A stretch of 64,000 bases of DNA. Origin: Candidatus Poribacteria bacterium. GTDB lineage: Bacteria; Poribacteria; WGA-4E; WGA-3G. The notes beneath the pieces were generated by a model. That model was not told where the DNA came from. It did no database searches and saw only the letters and a program-made list of their open reading frames with translations. Shown here in pieces: positions 58,300 to 64,000 of the stretch. The DNA is taken from NCBI GenBank assembly GCA_965242965.1, contig OZ251518.1:384001-448000 (forward strand). The letters are read 5' to 3'. Position 1 is the first letter of the stretch; every line of letters begins with the position of its first letter. Position numbers and translations under genes: made by a program.

Positions 58300-58687
58300 C
58301 TAAAGTTTGGATAATTTGCATCCAGGAACGATTGAATATCTTGCGAGTGGGTCGCTTTGAAGGTTCGCAAAGAAACCAACCCGCCGCGTCATGAATGCCC
58401 GGAAACGGGCTATCATACGATTAAACTCTTCAGAGTTGCAGGGAGTTCCAGCCCTACAAGTTGACTGCCTCCGTCGTTGAGTTACGTGACTTAGCGCGAT
58501 ACGCGCTCTTCGTGCGCTTTGGGGCGAGTGCTGCATCTCGGCTGCGACCGTTTGCCCGCGCAATTGAGAACAAAAACCTTGCATTTCAAACACATCGTCA
58601 GTATCGAGACCGGGAGGTCTCGCCTACTGGGGAAACGAAATCGTCCTGAACACAGAGGGCGATTGACACAAATTATCCAAACTTGAG
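58300..58687. mobile_element. Second MITE-like element with about 23-bp TIRs
   Basis: CTAAAGTTTGGATAATTTGCATC at 58300 versus the inverted GACACAAATTATCCAAACTTGAG ending at 58687 (16-bp perfect core). Confidence 0.6.
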
Positions 58688-58698
58688 ACGCTACCTTA

Positions 58699-58728
58699 AT
58701 TATACCATATTTCTACCCCATTTGTCAA
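58699..58728 (-). promoter_or_regulatory. Sigma70 promoter facing the GmrSD gene
   Basis: Minus strand TTGACA-18 nt-TATAAT with TG extension. Confidence 0.6.
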
Positions 58729-58878
58729 ATTAAAATCAGCGGCGTTTAGTTTTCCAAATAGGGGTTGCGAGTTTGCTTCCGACAGATTAAGGACCTAACG
58801 GACCTTGTCTATAGCGCGACACGTTTTTCTATAACACGCAGGTCCTACGGACCTGAAGTTGGCGTTGTCGCACGCAGG

Positions 58879-59349
58879 CTAAGCGGGTTCCTCTAAATCG
58901 GTTAGATCTTCCACGTCGGCGATGTCCGCCAGCATGCGCGAATATTTGCGCAATTCGACTTGGAGAGCCGCGAGTCCATCACGGAAATCGGCCCGTTCAG
59001 ATTCACGCGCAAAGTCGCCAGCGAGACTGTTACGATGCCACTTGGCTGTGAACGGACGAATCACTTGGTTGAGGACGACAATCGCGATTTTGGTGAAGTT
59101 AATGCATTCCGGTCCGTTTTCGCGGATAACTTCGCGCGTGATCGCAAATAGCGAGTAGACGCTGTCCAATGCCGTTTTTTCGTCGCCGTGTTCAACTGGC
59201 AGTGGCTGCGTTGTGATTCGCGTCAGCAGTTCGATGTAGAGTGCCCACGCGGCGTTCTTGTCGGCTGTAGTCCACTCAAATTGGAGAACGGGAGACGCGA
59301 TTTTCAGGGTAGGCATCTCCCATTTTTCAAGAAAATTTGAGAGGTTCAT
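58879..59349 (-). CDS. Hypothetical protein
   Basis: 156-aa ORF with AGAGGAG RBS; AAW.LY.EL.TRI.TQPL looks like a conserved family but no function is assignable. Confidence 0.7.
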   Translation of the reverse strand: MNLSNFLEKWEMPTLKIASPVLQFEWTTADKNAAWALYIELLTRITTQPLPVEHGDEKTALDSVYSLFAITREVIRENGPECINFTKIAIVVLNQVIRPFTAKWHRNSLAGDFARESERADFRDGLAALQVELRKYSRMLADIADVEDLTDLEEPA

Positions 59350-59392
59350 TTTCTCCTCTGCTTTGTCCCATTAAAATCTCTATGGCACGCTG

Positions 59393-59596
59393 TCAATTGT
59401 GAGCAGCACGCTTGGCGATGAGTTCGCGGATAGTTGGGAGTAGTTCTTGAGGCACCTCTATAACTGTTGAGAGGTTATCTGCGAATGCAGCCTCATCTTC
59501 AGCGACGGCTTCATCCTCTGTCTGTTGCTTATAGTGAGCAATGACGCTTTGAACCCGTTCTTCATCCCAATTGTCAGGAAAATCGTTTTGTTTCAT
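59393..59596 (-). CDS. Small acidic hypothetical protein (antitoxin-like)
   Basis: 67 aa, FP.NWDEERVQ.VI.HY..QTEDEAVAEDE...VP.EL...IRELIA. Confidence 0.6.
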   Translation of the reverse strand: MKQNDFPDNWDEERVQSVIAHYKQQTEDEAVAEDEAAFADNLSTVIEVPQELLPTIRELIAKRAAHN

Positions 59597-59645
59597 CGTC
59601 TAAAGGATACCACCCTACGAAAAATTTTGCAAGTTAAAATTCCCA

Positions 59646-60104
59646 TTACGCAAATTCCAATTCCATTGATTCCCCAGGTTCCAAATTCTCCCATCGCCGT
59701 AACAATTCACGGAGTTGAAAGCGCATGGACTCTATCTGTGCCTCGGTGACGTTTGCAGGAAGATACGCGCTGTCTTTCTCAAGCAGTGGTGCAGGAAAAC
59801 TCTCCCACAATTCCGCTTGTAACAAAGCAACAATAGGTTCAACTGCTATCGCCTCCTGCGGGATTTCAAAGGGACGTTCGGATTTCGGGCGGCTAAAATC
59901 GGGGATGTCGTGTCCCTTGGCGACGAGCCCGAAGAAGGCGTTGCCGAAACCGAGCGTCGTTTCAACAACGTAGTGCGCGAAGTCATGCTGCACGAACCCG
60001 CGGTGGATATGTGTCCACGTGATACTGCTGTCGTCGCGGATGCAGGTGAGCGTGTCGGGTTTGTGCTTCGCCTGATGTTTGCCTTTTTTGAAGCGGAGAA
60101 GCAT
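59646..60104 (-). CDS. Hypothetical protein
   Basis: 152 aa with HDFAHYVVE possible metal-binding motif; co-oriented in the cluster. Confidence 0.6.
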   Translation of the reverse strand: MLLRFKKGKHQAKHKPDTLTCIRDDSSITWTHIHRGFVQHDFAHYVVETTLGFGNAFFGLVAKGHDIPDFSRPKSERPFEIPQEAIAVEPIVALLQAELWESFPAPLLEKDSAYLPANVTEAQIESMRFQLRELLRRWENLEPGESMELEFA

Positions 60105-60108
60105 CGGT

Positions 60109-60363
60109 TTAATCCTGCTGCTGTTGTGAGTAGATTTGCCATAACGCCTGCGGATTATCCAAACTCAGCGCGACGATGCCGCATTCGCCGCACACGGTTG
60201 CACGCAGTACCTCCCGATGGGCATCTTTGAAAACGAGGGCATCGGGTTTACCGTGAATTTCCACTTCTAATTCGTGGGACCAGTTGCCATCACCGCGGTC
60301 CTGAATTTTCAGATCGCGCATGATTTTCTCAGAACCGCAGCGCGAACATTTCAGTTGAGCCAT
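60109..60363 (-). CDS. Small zinc-ribbon protein
   Basis: CSRCGS ... CGECG; GGAGG RBS. Confidence 0.7.
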   Translation of the reverse strand: MAQLKCSRCGSEKIMRDLKIQDRGDGNWSHELEVEIHGKPDALVFKDAHREVLRATVCGECGIVALSLDNPQALWQIYSQQQQD

Positions 60364-60376
60364 GAGATCGTCCTCC

Positions 60377-60979
60377 TTATGCGTTTTGTTCTTCGATTTG
60401 GTGTAAAGCCTCGCTGATGTAGCGGCGGATCCACTCGCTTTCGGTAGTCTCAGCTAAAGCGTTGAGTGCCGAGACCGCCTGTGGGTTGCCAATTCTGCCG
60501 AGTGCGACGACAGCAGCGGAGCAGACAGCTCTGTCGGCATCTGCCATGCTGGCTATCAGGGCCTCTATGACTTGACTCGGCGGCGTTGGAGTTAACCCCA
60601 GTTCTCCGAGTGCGACGACGGCGGCGCATCGCATATCCGGTTCTTCATCGTGAATGAACGGAATTAGGACATCAACAGCGCGTTCATCGCGGAGATGCCC
60701 TAGCGAGGAAATGGCGAACCGTCGGACGGTGGTGTTTTCATCGCTTAATGCCCCGATGAGGGGCGCGATGGCATGCACATCGCCGATGGAGCCCAGGCCT
60801 TCTGCGGCATAGGCACGGATTTCATAGGACTCCGAGCGCAATTTCCGCAAAAGCAGCCGAGTCGGGATATACCGCCAATTTCGGAGCGGTCCGTTTCGGT
60901 GCAAGAGCCAATGGATTATGGCGCGGATTTTTTGTGATAGGGAGCGGTTTGCATCCGGTCCGTTGGCTTTTTGCGTCAT
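60377..60979 (-). CDS. HEAT/PBS-lyase repeat protein
   Basis: Repeated R..AA.ALG.IG...A...LI..L.D units. Confidence 0.8.
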   Translation of the reverse strand: MTQKANGPDANRSLSQKIRAIIHWLLHRNGPLRNWRYIPTRLLLRKLRSESYEIRAYAAEGLGSIGDVHAIAPLIGALSDENTTVRRFAISSLGHLRDERAVDVLIPFIHDEEPDMRCAAVVALGELGLTPTPPSQVIEALIASMADADRAVCSAAVVALGRIGNPQAVSALNALAETTESEWIRRYISEALHQIEEQNA

Positions 60980-60987
60980 CGGTTCAC

Positions 60988-61221
60988 CTATGGAAAGAAA
61001 CTCTTGATCAACGCCATGAGCGCGATGAAAACCGACGCGATGGCTATCCAAGTCGCGCGTCGCGCTAATGTTTCGCTCTTCGCCTCTTCTCTGCCTTCAA
61101 GTTTGCCGCGAATCCAACCGACTTCGCGCTCCAAGGACTCAAAATGTTTTTGTGTCTCGTCGCGAAAAGTTTCAAAGCGTTGGGTTAGACGCTCAATGGC
61201 TTTCAAAATTTGTTCGTTCAT
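60988..61221 (-). CDS. Small coiled-coil protein with C-terminal TM helix
   Basis: 77 aa; own promoter-like TTGCTA...TATAAT on the minus strand near 61255-61284. Confidence 0.6.
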   Translation of the reverse strand: MNEQILKAIERLTQRFETFRDETQKHFESLEREVGWIRGKLEGREEAKSETLARRATWIAIASVFIALMALIKSFFP

Positions 61222-61455
61222 GAAAAGCCTGCTCTTTTGTGTTTGATAAAATTATTATACCATAGTTTGCATTTGGATAGCAAATTATTTTTTGAGGTAT
61301 TGTAGTTTGGTGCGGGCAGCGGGTTCGTCTGTGTGTTTAGCATGGCGAGGGACAGGCCCTCGCCCTACGATGAGGACAAACTACCGTAGCGCGGGGGCCT
61401 GTCCCCCGCGAATTTGTCGCGACAAAGCAAACGTTCCTTCGCCCGTGGCCGCGCG

Positions 61456-62649
61456 TCACAAACTTACACCTAATTCGTTTGCGATGGTGTAGACATCTTT
61501 GTCGCCGCGGCCGGAGAGACAGACGACGATAACCCGGTCGGCGTTCATCTCGGGTGCGAGTTTGCGGAGGTAGGCGATGGCGTGCGCCGACTCTAACGCC
61601 GGGATGATGCCCTCTGTTTCCGATAAGAGTTGGAAGCCTTCCACAGCCTCTGCGTCCGTGATGGGGACATATTCTGCCCTCCCTGTCTCGCGATAATAGC
61701 TGTGCTCCGGTCCGACACCGGGGTAATCTAATCCTGCGGAGATGGAGTGCGCGGGGGTTATCTGTCCATCGTTTTCCTGCAACAGATAGCACTTGGCACC
61801 GTGAAATACGCCGATGCTTCCGGCGGTGAGGGGCGCGGCATGTCTTCCGCTGCGGATGCTCTCGCCGGCGGCTTCTACGCCGATGAGTTTGACCTCTTTG
61901 TCGGCGTAAAAGGGGTAGAACATGCCGAGCGAATTGCTTCCTCCACCGACGCATGCGACGACGCAATCGGGCAATTTTCCCTCTTTCTCTAAAATCTGCG
62001 AGCGTGCTTCTTCACCGATAACGGCTTGAAAGTCTCGGACGAGCATCGGATACGGATGCGCGCCGACAACGGAGCCGAGTAGGAGATAGGTGCTTCGCAC
62101 GTTCGTCACCCAATCGCGGAAGCAGGCGTTGATTGCATCTTTAAGCGTTCGCGAGCCGGAGTTGACAGGGATTACCTTCGTGCCCATCAACTGCATCCGG
62201 AAGACATTGAGGGATTGGCGTTCAATGTCCTCTTCGCCCATGTAGACATCGCATTCCATGTCAAATTTTGCGGCGACGGTAGCGGTTGCAACGCCGTGCT
62301 GTCCGGCACCGGTTTCGGCGATGATACGCTTTTTACCCATCCAGCGCGCGAGCAGGATTTGCCCGATGGCACTGTTGATTTTGTGCGCGCCGGTGTGATT
62401 CAGGTCTTCGCGTTTCAGATATATTTTCGCGCCGCCGAGTGCTTGTGTCAAGCGTTCGGCGTAGTAAAGCGGATTCGGTCTTCCGACATATTCGCTGAGG
62501 TATGCCTGAAATTCGGCTTGGAAATCGGGGTTGGATTTCAGGGTGTTGTATGCCTCTTCCAATTCAAGCAAGGCGGGCATGAGCGTTTCGGGGACATATC
62601 TGCCGCCGAATTGTCCAAAATGTCCCGTTGCGTCGGGGAGTTGTTGCAT
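61456..62649 (-). CDS. trpB: Tryptophan synthase beta chain
   Basis: [60 protein letters not shown]. Confidence 0.98.
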   Translation of the reverse strand: MQQLPDATGHFGQFGGRYVPETLMPALLELEEAYNTLKSNPDFQAEFQAYLSEYVGRPNPLYYAERLTQALGGAKIYLKREDLNHTGAHKINSAIGQILLARWMGKKRIIAETGAGQHGVATATVAAKFDMECDVYMGEEDIERQSLNVFRMQLMGTKVIPVNSGSRTLKDAINACFRDWVTNVRSTYLLLGSVVGAHPYPMLVRDFQAVIGEEARSQILEKEGKLPDCVVACVGGGSNSLGMFYPFYADKEVKLIGVEAAGESIRSGRHAAPLTAGSIGVFHGAKCYLLQENDGQITPAHSISAGLDYPGVGPEHSYYRETGRAEYVPITDAEAVEGFQLLSETEGIIPALESAHAIAYLRKLAPEMNADRVIVVCLSGRGDKDVYTIANELGVSL

Positions 62650-62753
62650 TGTGAGTTCTCCTATTTATGAACGGGTGGATGTAGAAATCCACCCTTACAA
62701 AACGATTTTTGTGATTGTTTTCGGGAGCAGGTGCTCCCGAACTACAGTTATGT

Positions 62754-63393
62754 GAGGGTGTTTCATAAATCCGCGGTAAGAGAGACCCCCCAGTCTCAAT
62801 ATCGTCCGCGCAATCCAACGATCGCGGGGGACAGGCCCCCGCGCTACGGAAAAAACGGCATTTCACCGTAGGGCGAGGGCCTGTCCCTCGCCATCGCTCG
62901 CTCGCCAGGTCTGTAGGTCAAGATCGCCTGATCCTGACCTGTTTGTGATCAGGCGATCACAAACTACAGAGGCGGAAACACACATCGGGACGATGGCCAA
63001 CGCGGGGGACAGGCCCCCGCGCTACGGAAAAAACGGCACTTCACCGTAGGGCGAGGGCCTGTCCCTCGCCATGCTGCGGTCTATCGGACATTCGCGGGGG
63101 CCTGTCCCCCGCGCTACGGTAACGTGAGGCGTTCTTGGCAGCAGCACGGCCGCCTTCATCGTAGGGCGAGGGCCTGTCCCTCGCCGTGCTGCGGGCTATC
63201 AAAAACCTCTTTTAGGTCCGTAGGACCTACATGTCTATAGAAAAACGTGCCGCACCCTATCAAGGTCCGTAGGTCCTTAATAAGGTTTATAGTGTTGTTG
63301 CATCGAGACCAGGAGGTCTCTCCTACTGAGGAAACGGCATCGTTCGGAATCTCACGAAACCATTTTGACAACAACGAATTATGAAACACCCTC
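62754..63393. mobile_element. TIR-bounded REP-mosaic element, copy 9 (640 bp) with 8-bp TSD
   Basis: Perfect TIRs; AGTTATGT at 62746-62753 and 63394-63401. Confidence 0.9.
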
Positions 63394-63418
63394 AGTTATG
63401 TGACATAGGTATCCCGAA

Positions 63419-64000
63419 TTACAGCACGTTTTTTTGTATCGCCTTTGCCCGGAGGTTTGAACGTTCCAACACCTCTGGATTAACTACCGAATCCGGTCGC
63501 TGGCCTGTCAAGATTTGGGCGATGCACGAAGCAGCAGTGATTTCTAAATCGAGAAGTGCCTCGTGTGAGATGAACGCTGTGTGCGGCGTGATGATGACGT
63601 TATCGCATGTCAGCAGTTGCTCGTTCGGTTCAGGTGGTTCGGTTTCCAAGACATCAATGCCTGCGCCGGCGATTTCACCGTTAATGAGTGCTGCCGTTAG
63701 TGCCTCGGTATTGACGATGCCGCCGCGGGCGGTATTGATTAGAAACGCTGTCGGTTTCATCGCGCGAAATTCGGCGAGCCCGAACATGTGGTGCGTTTCT
63801 TCTGTCAACGGCGCGTGAATGGTGGTGAAATCAGCTGTCGCGAGGAGTTCGGCAAATGCAACTTTTTCCGCGCCGTGTTTCTGGATTGTTTCTTGTGTTG
63901 TCCGCGGTGAATAGACGTTAACCTCCAGTCCAAACGCCTTTGCTTTCGGGACAACAGCCTGCGCTATTCGTCCGAAACCAATAATGCCGAGGGTTTTGCC
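63419..64000 (-). CDS. 2-hydroxyacid dehydrogenase (SerA/CtBP-like), 5' end outside the window
   Basis: GKTLGIIGFGRIA, INTARG, IDV.E.EP, ITPHTA. Confidence 0.85.
   Translation of the reverse strand, partial: GKTLGIIGFGRIAQAVVPKAKAFGLEVNVYSPRTTQETIQKHGAEKVAFAELLATADFTTIHAPLTEETHHMFGLAEFRAMKPTAFLINTARGGIVNTEALTAALINGEIAGAGIDVLETEPPEPNEQLLTCDNVIITPHTAFISHEALLDLEITAASCIAQILTGQRPDSVVNPEVLERSNLRAKAIQKNVL

Noticed and set aside
55488-61455. Integron cassette array or prophage remnant
   Set aside because: No integrase, attC-like sites or phage structural genes were recognised, and several genes have their own promoters.
1-64000. tRNA, rRNA or known riboswitch genes
   Set aside because: No recognisable conserved signatures were found by eye; a covariance-model scan was not possible.

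Overview
GC-rich bacterial chromosomal window. Its content suggests Candidatus Poribacteria: multiple PhyH dioxygenases, Gfo/Idh/MocA and enolase-superfamily enzymes, and secreted proteins ending in a KLxTTWGxxK tail. The taxonomy is inference only. It holds about 55 CDS, including housekeeping argS, mtnP, trpA and trpB, many catabolic enzymes, a triplicated hicA-hicB array with two-domain HicB proteins, a 966-aa ECF sigma factor fused to a beta-propeller with two matching candidate promoters, a fused restriction-modification enzyme, and a ~6 kb accessory/defence block (GmrSD, HNH, antitoxin-like genes) that splits trpB from trpA. The dominant feature is non-coding. More than 20 intergenic mosaics are built from several families of GTAG-headed hairpins (REP-like) with compensatory stem changes. 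Nine mosaics (250-640 bp) are enclosed by the same 15-bp terminal inverted repeat GAGGGTGTTTCATAA...TTATGAAACACCCTC, several with 7-10 bp target duplications, yet each has a different internal module order. The same hairpins are inserted in frame in at least four genes and supply the stop codons of two others. No transposase, RAYT, rRNA, tRNA or CRISPR array was recognised. Coordinates were read by eye and repeat boundaries are approximate.
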